From Candidatus Poribacteria bacterium (lineage in GTDB: Bacteria > Poribacteria > WGA-4E > WGA-3G): a stretch of DNA of 64,000 nt. The translations under genes and the position numbers were made by a program. Where the stretch lies: NCBI GenBank assembly GCA_965214095.1, contig OZ243938.1, positions 2,880,001-2,944,000 on the forward strand. Reading direction: 5' to 3'. How positions within the stretch are numbered: position 1 is the first letter of the stretch; each line of letters starts with the position of its first letter. Below the pieces are notes generated by a model that saw nothing but the letters and a program-made list of their open reading frames with translations, was not told the DNA's origin and did no database searches. Positions 39,519-49,976 of this stretch are shown piece after piece.

Positions 39519-40334
39519 ATGGAGCAGAAATTTACAATAGAACCACCTGGCGAAGTTAAAGACCACCCGTTTCCGCCAACCCGACCTGATATAAAGATAG
39601 TTGAAAGTTCGGATAAAATACATGAGGTAGATTGTCAGGAGTTGCAGTGGTGGTTGATGATTCCAAAGATGGGTGAACGTTGTATGTGGGCAGAATATGA
39701 TGGTGAAACACAGCAATTGGATGCTGTGACTGAGATGATACCGACGATGCCTGCAATTATACGGGGTATTGACTGCGTTGAAGTCCAGTTCAAGGAATAC
39801 CTTGCGAATGATTGGCCTCCAGCTCCAGATTTGATGTATGTTACGATTGATGAGACGCACACGAGATGGATTTCAGTTGTAATGACCTTAGATGGTAGAA
39901 GGATTTACAATACAATTGGAGAGGACTTTTTTGAAGACCAATGGGGACCTGATGGTAAACGCCATATTGTTGATGACGGACGGTATGAATTACAATCCGA
40001 TGGATCCTACAAAACCACAGATGGCGTAGGGATAGGTGCTGGAACGTATGATGTGACGATAGGTGAGAATACCTTTCACTGTCTCCGTGTTTTAGAGCCA
40101 GATCTAACCGCTGAACATGGCGGGGAAATGTGTGAAGTATATATAGAAGAGGGTGGTCGTACCGTTTTCTTTAGACGGTATGATGGACGATATTTACGTG
40201 GTGATTTGCTCGAAAAGTTTCCAAACAATCGTCGTATTGTGATTGATGACATCACCTATATCCATAGTAATTGTACAGGTTGGTTTCACGATACAATTAC
40301 GTTGGCATCACTTGGCATAACTGGTAATGAATAA
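39519..40334 (+). CDS. Hypothetical cytoplasmic protein (271 aa)
   Basis: RBS GAGGA; acidic, beta-rich-looking protein; no motif identified with confidence. Confidence 0.8.
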   Translation: MEQKFTIEPPGEVKDHPFPPTRPDIKIVESSDKIHEVDCQELQWWLMIPKMGERCMWAEYDGETQQLDAVTEMIPTMPAIIRGIDCVEVQFKEYLANDWPPAPDLMYVTIDETHTRWISVVMTLDGRRIYNTIGEDFFEDQWGPDGKRHIVDDGRYELQSDGSYKTTDGVGIGAGTYDVTIGENTFHCLRVLEPDLTAEHGGEMCEVYIEEGGRTVFFRRYDGRYLRGDLLEKFPNNRRIVIDDITYIHSNCTGWFHDTITLASLGITGNE

Positions 40335-40526
40335 ATAGAATAGTTCTTACACAAAATTCTTGATTTTTTCAATAATTCAGACAAAGGCGGGGCACAGAGA
40401 CCTCGCACTACAATGTGTAGGCAGAAATAGTCCTATCCTTTCTAACAAATACGTCTCAAATATTATATAAACCACATTCACCATTTTTCCATGTAAGAAA
40501 TACGTATAACTCAAGGAGAATGCCCG

Positions 40527-43500
40527 ATGTTAGTCAAAAAACACATAATCTTGCTCAGTGTCTTTTCAATATTTTTTTCAGGACTATTCTTTGTCACCCT
40601 AAGTTTTTCACAAGATGAAGCGACTGATGAAAAAATTATTGAACGATACAAGTTGATGCTCATTCGGAAACCGAAAGAGGGGAGTACGTTTGATAGACTT
40701 TATCAGTTTTATCTTGAGGGATCGGGTTTAGAAGCGATGGTCTCTGATTATCAATCGGAGGCACAGGCAAAGCCTAACGATCCGAACATTCAACTCATCT
40801 TGGGGCATATATACAAACGACTGGGTAAGGACAAGGAAGCCTTGACTGCGTATCAACGCGCTGTGGAACTCTCACAGAATGATTATTATGCACATTTTGC
40901 GTTAGGTCAGTTGTATGTTATACTCCGACAACATGAAGATGCTATTAGTGAATTGACGAAAGCAACATCGTTATCAGAACAGGCACAGACTATCTCTCCC
41001 GAAGAATTGACAGATATTTACAAGACATTGGGGCATGCGTATTTTAGCCGTGATATGTTAGATGAAGCGATTAAGGCATGGGAAAAGATTTCTGAACTTG
41101 ATCCTGACGATATCTTTGCACGAATAGAACTTGCTGATCTGTTTCGTGAACAGGAGTTGTATCCTCAAGCCATTGCACAATATGAAGAAATCATAAATCT
41201 TAAGAAAGATGACACATATCGTAAATGTCTGAGTATGCGAGAGATTGGTAAAATCCACGAAGAATCGGGTGAATATCAGAAGGCGTTGCAACAATATGAT
41301 GCGGCGTTAGACCTGACCGCACAAGGTAATTGGCTGAGAAAAGACTTGCAATACAGGATTATTGCCATATATTCGGCAGATGCTAATTGGAAAGATTTGA
41401 TTGTTTATTATGATGGTAAACTTGAGACAAATCCGAATGATCCAGAGACTCTGGGACTACTTGCAGCAGCATATATTGAAAATCAGCAGCTTGAGGAAAG
41501 CATTGATACCTATAAGAAAGGATTGACGCTTGCCCCAACCGATACCAGTCTCCGTCTCAACCTGATAGGTGCGCTTCGTGATGCGGAAAAGTTTGCAGAA
41601 GCGGCTGCGGAATATGAAGCACTTAGTGAACAGCACCCTGATGACATCGGAATATATCGTGAACTTGGCAAATTGTATTTGCAGCTTGAAAATGAAGAAA
41701 AGGCGAAGGGAGTCTATCAACGTCTGATTGATCGTGATCCAGAGAGTGCTAACATCTACATCACCCTTGCTGAAATATACACTGGTCACGAATGGCTTGA
41801 AGATGCGGTGGCTGCATATCAAAAGGCAACGGAACTTGATCCGGATAATCTCGATTATTTTGAGTATTATGGGGACTTTTACTATAGACAAGGTGAAAGT
41901 CCGAAGGCGATTGAAACATGGAATCGGATGGTTGCAGACACTAAAAGCACTGCTGAGAACTATGACCGTTTGGCACGTCTGCTTGAAACCAAGAAGTTTT
42001 CAGACGAAGCAATTGATGCAAGTAGAAAAGCAGTAGAACTGATGCCAGAGACTTATCGTTTCAGAGAGTCGTTAGCCAAAAGACTGATGAACAATGAGCT
42101 GTATGATGAGGCACTCTTAGAATATACGGAAGCGATGAAGCTTGCACCGAATGCGTTTTTTGCTGAACAGATGGACGATAAACGGATTGAACTCTATAAA
42201 CGGCAGGGAACACTTGTAAAAAGAATAGAAGAGATAGAAACAGAACTTGAAAAACCAGAACTTGCTGATAACGATAAATTTGCACAACAGAAACGGCTTG
42301 CCAAGATGTATCTGAAGTTAGGTAATACGACCTACGCGTTGGAAATACTTTTGGAAGCAAAGAAACTACAACCCGATGATATAAATGTCAATCGTTGGGC
42401 AGCGAATATCTATGTAAAACAGGGAAGACGTGATGAAGCGATTAACATTTACCGACATCTAACGAATATTGATAACACAAATGCGCGTGAGTATTATTCT
42501 AATATAGCGAAAACCTATCTGGAAACTCTGGATTTTGAGGCGGCTAAGGAAGCTGCGAAACAGGTCGTTGCGCATAGTCCGCGTAATCCGGAGGGACATC
42601 ATTTGTTGGCGCAAATTGCTTCACAATCCGGTGATTACGACACATCTATAGATAGTTTTAAACAAGCAATTCGTTTGCGACCGGAAGCGATTGATATCCG
42701 TAGAGAATTGGCACTACTTTATCACAATTCAGGTGACTTTAGACTTGCAATCGCACAGTATTGGCGTTGTTGGAATCTCAGCGACAATATCAGTGATAAG
42801 CTTAGTTTTATTGAACCACTTGGAGAAGCATATTATAGTTTAGGTAGGCGGACGGAACTCTCGGAAAGATTGAAACAGATGGCTAAATCGAATACATCTG
42901 GTATTGCATCGGTCTTAGCACTTGCCCAAGTCTATCGTGATGAAGGCGATCTATCAAGTGCGCGGTTTCAGCTTGCACGCGCATTAGATCAGCGACGAGA
43001 GAACCCAGAACTATTATATCAACTTGTTGGCATAAGTTTAGACCTTGGTGATATTGAGGAAGCTTTAAGTTACCAACAGCAACTTGTCAAAGCAGATCCC
43101 GATCCTATTCATCAGCAAAAACTTGGTGAACTGTTGTTTGATGTTGGACGCGAACAAGAAGCCGTACAAACATGGTCAAAAGTGTTGCATCAAAAGAAGC
43201 ATACACTTGATGCAGAAATCAGACTCGCAAAGTTATTGATTAGGCACGGGTTAATGGAGGAAGCATTCTTTGCACTTGACAATGCAGCGGAAAAGATAAC
43301 CGGGGACGATGCATATATTGGGTTGTATCAAATTGGTGCTACTTTGGTTGAGATAAGCGAACCTGAAAAAGCGTTACCATACTTCCAACAAATCGTAGAG
43401 ATGTCAAAACCTGCACAGGATATAAGTTTTGCTACAACAAAGAAAAAATCAAGAACTACTAATACGAATCCCAATTCCTTTTATGGACCACCTGGGATAA

Positions 43501-46500
43501 ATATGAACAAACTTCATCTCGCAACCAATCTCTCATACCGTGTGCAACCTCAGCAGTATTCTTCAAGAAATGTTTCTCCATGGGTTCCAACCACATTTGA
43601 AGAAGCACAGGCTGCCGCACTTGTGCAGGTGAAGTCGATTTTGGACGATCTCGGTCAGTTGGATGACATGTTTGCTCAGTATGAGGAAAAAGTAACTGCG
43701 AATCCCAAGGATATCCAAACGCTTGAACTGTTAGCACAACTATACATTTTGATGAAGAATCAAGAAAAAACAGATGAGGTATTGGATAAGTTGTTAGCAG
43801 CCTCCCCTGATAATTTAGTATATCAGGGCATCAAGTTGAGAAATATGGTAGCACAACAACAGACCAGTCATGAATCCTTTACAGATCAACTTGGCAAGAT
43901 GACAGGTTTGTCGGAAGATGGCAAGAATTGGTATCAGGTTGAATATGCATCCTTTTTTCTCAATAGAAGCACACCTGATGATGCTGAGCAATTATTGGAT
44001 AAACTTGAGGAGATGGATGTGCTTCAACTCAGTAATAGCCATAAGTTGATCGATTTATTTATGAAAAAAGGTAGAGCGGAAACAGCAGAAAGAATGTTGT
44101 CCGAACTTGCAGCAACTAAAACTGCACACTTCTCACATCAATATACCCGAATTTATGAATCAGTCACTAACACATATCTCAGCAAAGGGGATCCAGACAA
44201 AGCAATAGAATACTTTTGGAAGTATATTGAAAAGACCAATCCAACAGTGTCCAATACAAGGTATATAGCAAATTTGACTTATTCCACCTATTCGAGCAGC
44301 CAGACGTATCAAGCCAATTTCCCATCACCGACATCGTACTATACTCAGACACGGTTGGATTTTCTGCAAAAGTTTTTCAATAAAATATGGATCAAAGAAC
44401 AACAAGAGCTATTCTACACATCATTGGAGGATAAGTATAATGGTGCTGAAGGTAGAAATCGTATCTATCCAGCATTAGCAATTAGTTATTGTAAATGGTG
44501 GGATGGAAAACGCGACAAAGCACTTGAGGTACTACATAATTTACAAACAGAATTTCCGGATGACTTATCCCTAAAGATGAATACTATATTTGTTTCAATT
44601 CAATCTGGGAAACACAATCTTGCATTAGAAGTTGTGAAGGAACTTATTCATGCGGATCCAAAGAATCTGAATCAATATTACGATTTGACATTACAAATTG
44701 CGATGTATACAGGCGATTCTTCTGTAGTGCGTGATTTGATGAAAAACATCTTGAACTCTCCGACAAGTGTGCAGCAGCTTCACAATTTCTCACAGAAATT
44801 ACAGAGTGCGGGATTCACGCAATATGCTGTTGCTGTCTCTCAAAAAGCGATGGATTTAGCTTTGAGAGAAAGGGATCCGAGTTTTTTGAGAAAGTTTAGT
44901 ACTCATTTAAACGATTTAGGTCGTGGACAGGATGCTGCGCGTTTAACGCAACGTGCCGTTAAGTTAGAAAACTTGAAAGTCTTGTCTGGACAAACAATGC
45001 CGAACCTGAATATTCGATCGGTAACGCTTTCTCCTAAACGGTTAAAGATGATTCAGGATCGTGAGGCTAAATTAGTCAAAATAGTCGAACAGAATCCGAA
45101 ATCATTCAAAGCGCAGTCCAATTTAGCTGCGTTCTACGCAAGTAGAAATCAGGTGCAGAAAGCTATACAAACATATCAAACAGCACTTGAACTGCGTCCC
45201 AATGATAGCACGTTACGTAATCAATTTGCAGACATGTTACGGCGAGTCGGAGAAGTTAAAAAAGCAGTTGAACAATATACGTATCTACTCAAGAACAACA
45301 TCTCCAGTTCACAATACAGTTACTATCATTACGAATATATCATAGAAACATTTATCCAAGCAGGCGAAATAAACAAACTCATTTCGGTTGCGAAAGAAAT
45401 GGTTGCGAAGAATCAAGGTTCTGGACGTAGTCATGAATTTGTTCGTAGGATTACTCAGCATTTTAGAAACAACAACAATAATGTCAAACCATTGATAGAG
45501 ATTTACGAAAAATCACTCGAGTCTGGATCAGAGACTTATTTTTATGACTTAGTTTCAGCATATATGTCTACCGGCAATCGTGATAAAGCAAAGCAACTAT
45601 TAGTAGGTAAACTCAAGACCGGACCAGCGGAAAGCCAAGTAAATGTGGTACTTAGGTTATCTGATTTAGATGAAGGTTTAGATGATTTGAAGAATTTGGC
45701 AAAAGAATATGAAGAGAAGTTTCCTATGGATACTGCTAAATCTTCTATGTTATATCTACTTACTATCTTAAAAATAGCAACAAATGACTTAGAGGGGTCA
45801 GATATATATGTAGAAAAACTGTTGAAGAATAAATCCAATAATACTGGATCGTATTGGCTCCATACGATTGCTGACGCATATCAGGACAAAGGGGATTCAG
45901 ACCGTCAACAACGTATACTTGAGGCTGCCATTGAAACCGTAGATCTAAATAATACCGGTCGACTATCAAGCACCTACCAATCGCTTGGTAAAATCTACGC
46001 AGATAAAGGTGAGAAAGAGAAAGCGAAGAAAGCCATTCGAAAGATGGGTAATCTCCGACTGATGCGTAGTGGTGGTGCTCGTTTTTATGATAAAGATTCG
46101 GTCGCGCGCACTTACATGGAACACGGTTTGTATGACGATGCGGAAGTGCTGTTGATAGAAGTCATCAACGACTTATCTGCACAATCATATTACCGTGAAC
46201 GTGCTCAAGAACAATTAGCGACAATCAGAGTCAGACGGGGTGATACAGACAATGGATTGAAAAACACAATGGATGATATGAACCTTGCCTTACTCCGTAC
46301 AAGAGCACAAGAAGAAAAAAGAAGGAGAAACTATTACGAGGCAATTAGAATCTACGAGCAGATAGTCAAAAAATCACCAGACGACCTTGGTTCGCGTGCT
46401 GAACTTGCTTCTCTTTACACCCTACAGAATGAACAAGATAAAGCAATTGAGATGTGGGACGCTCTGCTAAAAGTTGATCCTGCCAATACAAAATATCAGG

Positions 46501-49500
46501 ATGGACTTGTGGCTGCCTACAAAGTGGCAAATAGAATTGATGATGCGATTAAGTTTGCCCAAGGATATATACAAGAGAATCCAGATACTGGTCTACACCA
46601 TACTCGACTTGCAGATTTATATGCATTCAATGGACAGATTGACGATGCGATCACAACTTATAAAAAGGCGATAGAGCTCTCCCCGAGTGACGCTAAATCA
46701 CATGAGGAATTAGCCAAGATCTATGAGGAGAACAGAAACTATGATGCTGCGGAAAAGTCGTATAATGATGCCCTAAAATTCTCAGCACCAGGGAGTAATC
46801 AAGCGGAGTTAAGACAGAATTTGATGAAGATTTATCAACGGCAAGGAAAATTAGAGGAGATATTGAAACAAGCAGAAGAGCAGGGGACACTGACTTTTGA
46901 TATGCAACGTGAAAGAGCACGGATATATCAAAATAGTGGAAATATGACAAAAGCCGTGAGTGCCTACCAAAAGGCTTTAGGAATGACAGCAGACAAGTAT
47001 GCCCGCGGTGATATTCAACGACAATTGATCAACATCCATTCTAAACTTGGTAAATTAGAGGAATATCTGAAGGAAACAGAGAAACAAGGAATGGTATCTT
47101 TTGAAATGCAGAAGGAGATTGCACGGTTATATCAAAATAAACGTGAATATGGTAAAGCGGCAGATGCTTACAAGAAAGCTGCGCAAATGACTACACAATC
47201 TTATGAGCGGCAAGAACTTGAACGGCAGATGTTGCAACTTTATCGTCAGTCCGGAAAGTTAGAACAATATTTGAAAGATATGGAAAAGGACGGTACACTC
47301 TCCGCTAATATGCAGGTTGAGCTTGCAAAATACTACAGTTCACGTGGACAATCCGAAAAAGCAATAGAAGCATATCAGAAGGCGAACAATATGACAGATA
47401 GCGACCAAGAGGAAATATCAAATCTAATGATGAATGAATTTGTTAAACTTGATAAAACTGACAAAGCAATAGAAATATATGAAAGTCTCATTAGCAATTC
47501 CTCAGAAAGTCAGTCAGTTAGGTATTACAGCGGATCCTCTGGTTTCCGAATACAATCTGAAAAAGAACAAGCACGTGAATCATTGATTAACGTCTTTAAA
47601 CGCAATAGAAAACTTAACGAACTTGAGAAGGTTTACAGTGCTAAGTTGGAAAAGGAACCGAATGATACAGACATTCTTATTGTTCTTGCGGAAATACATA
47701 GGACTTCTAACAAACATGAAAAAGCTGCCGAAGTCTATCAGAAGCTATCCAAATTAGAACCAGAGAATGTTCGCAATTACTTTTATGCTGCTGCGTCTCT
47801 GGAAAAAGATGGACAGAAAGAACAGGCGCAAAGGTTGATAGAACAAGGGAATAATGCACTTTCGTCAAGACCAGACAATAAAGATTCCATGTTATTATGT
47901 ACGCTTGGTTCTATCTGCTATGAAAACAAAATGTATGAACCGGCAATTACATTGTTCAAAGAAGCAGCTAAAGTGAATGAGTTGACCGGTATCAATAGCA
48001 ATATAAGATGGCAACAAGAGAATATATATGATGTGCTTGGCAAAAGTTATATGGAAACCAAGCAGTATGAGGAAGCAGTTGAGGCGTTTCAGCATAAACT
48101 GAAACTTACGACACATGATCATTCCAGAGAGAGAATTGAAAAGGCAATTAAAGCAGCTTATGATGCAGGGAATCTCCACGAGAAACATATTCCAAAGCAG
48201 TTGGAAAAGGTAAAACAGAATCCGAATGATGTCAATGCAAGAATTACACTTGCTGAGAGTTACGTGTCAAGTGAGAGGTATGACGAGGCAATCGTGCAGT
48301 ATGAGAAGATCAGCGAATTGCAACCGAACTCTCCGAAATGGCACAAAACTGTCGGAGATTTATATGGAAATACTAAACAGGCTAACAACACAGAATGGCT
48401 ACAGAAAGCTGCAGCTGCTTATGAGAAAGCCATTGTCCTTAATCCTAATTCGTATGAATTCTATGACACTTTAGGAAAGTTGTATGCGGAAAACGGGGAT
48501 TCTACAAAAGCCGAAGCAGTCTATATGAGAGCACTGAATGCATCCCACAATCCTGCAGAACATGATAAGGTCGTCAATGCCATTTTGGAACTTGATAAGT
48601 CATATAGGGAATTGGACAAACGGCTTGAGAAACTTGAAGAACTCAATACAAAAAAACACCATAGCACACTTTTACATAAACTATTGGGTGATACCTATTT
48701 AGCTTCAGGTGATACGGAAAAAGCCTCTGTATCCTATAAGCAATGGTTGGCGATAGTGAAAAATGAAAGTGAGAAAAGTAATCGTGCGATGGCATTACAT
48801 CAACTTGCTGAACATCTGTTAAACACAAACAAACTACCGGAGATTGCATTAGAGGCAGCAAAGCATGCAACGCAATCCAGATCGGATGCAACCTATTTTT
48901 CAACATTAGGCAACGCTTATCTGGTCAATGAACAATATGCAAATGCATTTGAACAATTTGAACGAAGTCTTGATCTTATGAATCAATCTGGAGGTTTGCG
49001 CGGTAACAAGTTAGAACCTTTATTGAGACGTATTTCACAAGCGAGCGAAAATATGCAAGATAAATCTCGGTATCAGGAACTGATGGGTAAATTAGTTGAT
49101 TCAATCCCGACTGATGTTGACACTGAACTTGGAACTATTTTGTTATTGGCAGATTTCTGCCGTGAACTCAATTTGGCTGATAAAGCGAAGGTATTCATGC
49201 AGAAAACAGGATTTTTCCCTGAAACTGCTTGGTTAACACTCGGTCCGTTTGACAATGCTAACGGTGCTGGATATAGTACTGCTTTCATTCCTGAAGAACA
49301 GACGCAAATTGATAAGACCGCAGAATATGATGGGGTAACAGGTAAGATAAAATGGGTCAAAAGTTCTGATGAGATCTTTGATGGGTTCTCCGACTTTGGT
49401 ATGTATGAGCAATTCTATGCTGCTTATGCCTGGATTTCATTTACATCCCCTGAAGAGAGGGAAGCTGAAATCCGATTTGACAGTGATGACCAAGGTAAAG

Positions 49501-49724
49501 TGTATCTGAATGGAAAAAAAGTATATGCACATAGAAGAACACGTGGAGCACAAATTGACCGACGCACGATACCTGTAACGCTTGTTGCAGGAGAAAACAC
49601 AATACTTGTCAAAGTCTGTAATGAATCTCTACCGTGGGGATTCTATTTGCGCATTACGGATACGGATGGAGATCCGTTTGATGATTTGAAAGTTGTAGAT
49701 ACTGAGATGAATCGGCGGGATTAG
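40527..49724 (+). CDS. Giant secreted TPR repeat protein (3065 aa) with C-terminal 'LGPFDN' domain
   Basis: Signal peptide (SFS-QD); dozens of TPR-like repeats (A..AY.KA.EL.P); C-terminal domain shared with two other genes. Confidence 0.92.
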   Translation: MLVKKHIILLSVFSIFFSGLFFVTLSFSQDEATDEKIIERYKLMLIRKPKEGSTFDRLYQFYLEGSGLEAMVSDYQSEAQAKPNDPNIQLILGHIYKRLGKDKEALTAYQRAVELSQNDYYAHFALGQLYVILRQHEDAISELTKATSLSEQAQTISPEELTDIYKTLGHAYFSRDMLDEAIKAWEKISELDPDDIFARIELADLFREQELYPQAIAQYEEIINLKKDDTYRKCLSMREIGKIHEESGEYQKALQQYDAALDLTAQGNWLRKDLQYRIIAIYSADANWKDLIVYYDGKLETNPNDPETLGLLAAAYIENQQLEESIDTYKKGLTLAPTDTSLRLNLIGALRDAEKFAEAAAEYEALSEQHPDDIGIYRELGKLYLQLENEEKAKGVYQRLIDRDPESANIYITLAEIYTGHEWLEDAVAAYQKATELDPDNLDYFEYYGDFYYRQGESPKAIETWNRMVADTKSTAENYDRLARLLETKKFSDEAIDASRKAVELMPETYRFRESLAKRLMNNELYDEALLEYTEAMKLAPNAFFAEQMDDKRIELYKRQGTLVKRIEEIETELEKPELADNDKFAQQKRLAKMYLKLGNTTYALEILLEAKKLQPDDINVNRWAANIYVKQGRRDEAINIYRHLTNIDNTNAREYYSNIAKTYLETLDFEAAKEAAKQVVAHSPRNPEGHHLLAQIASQSGDYDTSIDSFKQAIRLRPEAIDIRRELALLYHNSGDFRLAIAQYWRCWNLSDNISDKLSFIEPLGEAYYSLGRRTELSERLKQMAKSNTSGIASVLALAQVYRDEGDLSSARFQLARALDQRRENPELLYQLVGISLDLGDIEEALSYQQQLVKADPDPIHQQKLGELLFDVGREQEAVQTWSKVLHQKKHTLDAEIRLAKLLIRHGLMEEAFFALDNAAEKITGDDAYIGLYQIGATLVEISEPEKALPYFQQIVEMSKPAQDISFATTKKKSRTTNTNPNSFYGPPGINMNKLHLATNLSYRVQPQQYSSRNVSPWVPTTFEEAQAAALVQVKSILDDLGQLDDMFAQYEEKVTANPKDIQTLELLAQLYILMKNQEKTDEVLDKLLAASPDNLVYQGIKLRNMVAQQQTSHESFTDQLGKMTGLSEDGKNWYQVEYASFFLNRSTPDDAEQLLDKLEEMDVLQLSNSHKLIDLFMKKGRAETAERMLSELAATKTAHFSHQYTRIYESVTNTYLSKGDPDKAIEYFWKYIEKTNPTVSNTRYIANLTYSTYSSSQTYQANFPSPTSYYTQTRLDFLQKFFNKIWIKEQQELFYTSLEDKYNGAEGRNRIYPALAISYCKWWDGKRDKALEVLHNLQTEFPDDLSLKMNTIFVSIQSGKHNLALEVVKELIHADPKNLNQYYDLTLQIAMYTGDSSVVRDLMKNILNSPTSVQQLHNFSQKLQSAGFTQYAVAVSQKAMDLALRERDPSFLRKFSTHLNDLGRGQDAARLTQRAVKLENLKVLSGQTMPNLNIRSVTLSPKRLKMIQDREAKLVKIVEQNPKSFKAQSNLAAFYASRNQVQKAIQTYQTALELRPNDSTLRNQFADMLRRVGEVKKAVEQYTYLLKNNISSSQYSYYHYEYIIETFIQAGEINKLISVAKEMVAKNQGSGRSHEFVRRITQHFRNNNNNVKPLIEIYEKSLESGSETYFYDLVSAYMSTGNRDKAKQLLVGKLKTGPAESQVNVVLRLSDLDEGLDDLKNLAKEYEEKFPMDTAKSSMLYLLTILKIATNDLEGSDIYVEKLLKNKSNNTGSYWLHTIADAYQDKGDSDRQQRILEAAIETVDLNNTGRLSSTYQSLGKIYADKGEKEKAKKAIRKMGNLRLMRSGGARFYDKDSVARTYMEHGLYDDAEVLLIEVINDLSAQSYYRERAQEQLATIRVRRGDTDNGLKNTMDDMNLALLRTRAQEEKRRRNYYEAIRIYEQIVKKSPDDLGSRAELASLYTLQNEQDKAIEMWDALLKVDPANTKYQDGLVAAYKVANRIDDAIKFAQGYIQENPDTGLHHTRLADLYAFNGQIDDAITTYKKAIELSPSDAKSHEELAKIYEENRNYDAAEKSYNDALKFSAPGSNQAELRQNLMKIYQRQGKLEEILKQAEEQGTLTFDMQRERARIYQNSGNMTKAVSAYQKALGMTADKYARGDIQRQLINIHSKLGKLEEYLKETEKQGMVSFEMQKEIARLYQNKREYGKAADAYKKAAQMTTQSYERQELERQMLQLYRQSGKLEQYLKDMEKDGTLSANMQVELAKYYSSRGQSEKAIEAYQKANNMTDSDQEEISNLMMNEFVKLDKTDKAIEIYESLISNSSESQSVRYYSGSSGFRIQSEKEQARESLINVFKRNRKLNELEKVYSAKLEKEPNDTDILIVLAEIHRTSNKHEKAAEVYQKLSKLEPENVRNYFYAAASLEKDGQKEQAQRLIEQGNNALSSRPDNKDSMLLCTLGSICYENKMYEPAITLFKEAAKVNELTGINSNIRWQQENIYDVLGKSYMETKQYEEAVEAFQHKLKLTTHDHSRERIEKAIKAAYDAGNLHEKHIPKQLEKVKQNPNDVNARITLAESYVSSERYDEAIVQYEKISELQPNSPKWHKTVGDLYGNTKQANNTEWLQKAAAAYEKAIVLNPNSYEFYDTLGKLYAENGDSTKAEAVYMRALNASHNPAEHDKVVNAILELDKSYRELDKRLEKLEELNTKKHHSTLLHKLLGDTYLASGDTEKASVSYKQWLAIVKNESEKSNRAMALHQLAEHLLNTNKLPEIALEAAKHATQSRSDATYFSTLGNAYLVNEQYANAFEQFERSLDLMNQSGGLRGNKLEPLLRRISQASENMQDKSRYQELMGKLVDSIPTDVDTELGTILLLADFCRELNLADKAKVFMQKTGFFPETAWLTLGPFDNANGAGYSTAFIPEEQTQIDKTAEYDGVTGKIKWVKSSDEIFDGFSDFGMYEQFYAAYAWISFTSPEEREAEIRFDSDDQGKVYLNGKKVYAHRRTRGAQIDRRTIPVTLVAGENTILVKVCNESLPWGFYLRITDTDGDPFDDLKVVDTEMNRRD

Positions 49725-49767
49725 AACCCTCCAACAATGTAAGAGGCGCAATGAATTGCGCGACTAC

Positions 49768-49800
49768 TGTTCTGTCTACAGTGTCCGAATGGACACTCCA
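49768..49800. mobile_element. 33-bp family D element inserted at the CTAC end of a family C REP
   Basis: ctac[TGTTCTGTC...GACACTCCA]ctac. Confidence 0.65.
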
Positions 49801-49976
49801 CTACAAACGCTTTCTTTGTTAATAATTAGAAATTGAATAACCCACGAAACTGCATCCGAAAATGTGTATATGTAATTATACACACTACAATTATTGTGTC
49901 CTACAAACCCTATGAAGACGGCATTCAACGTCAACACAAAAACATGATACATATCGTAATCTCAAGGAGGAATTAG

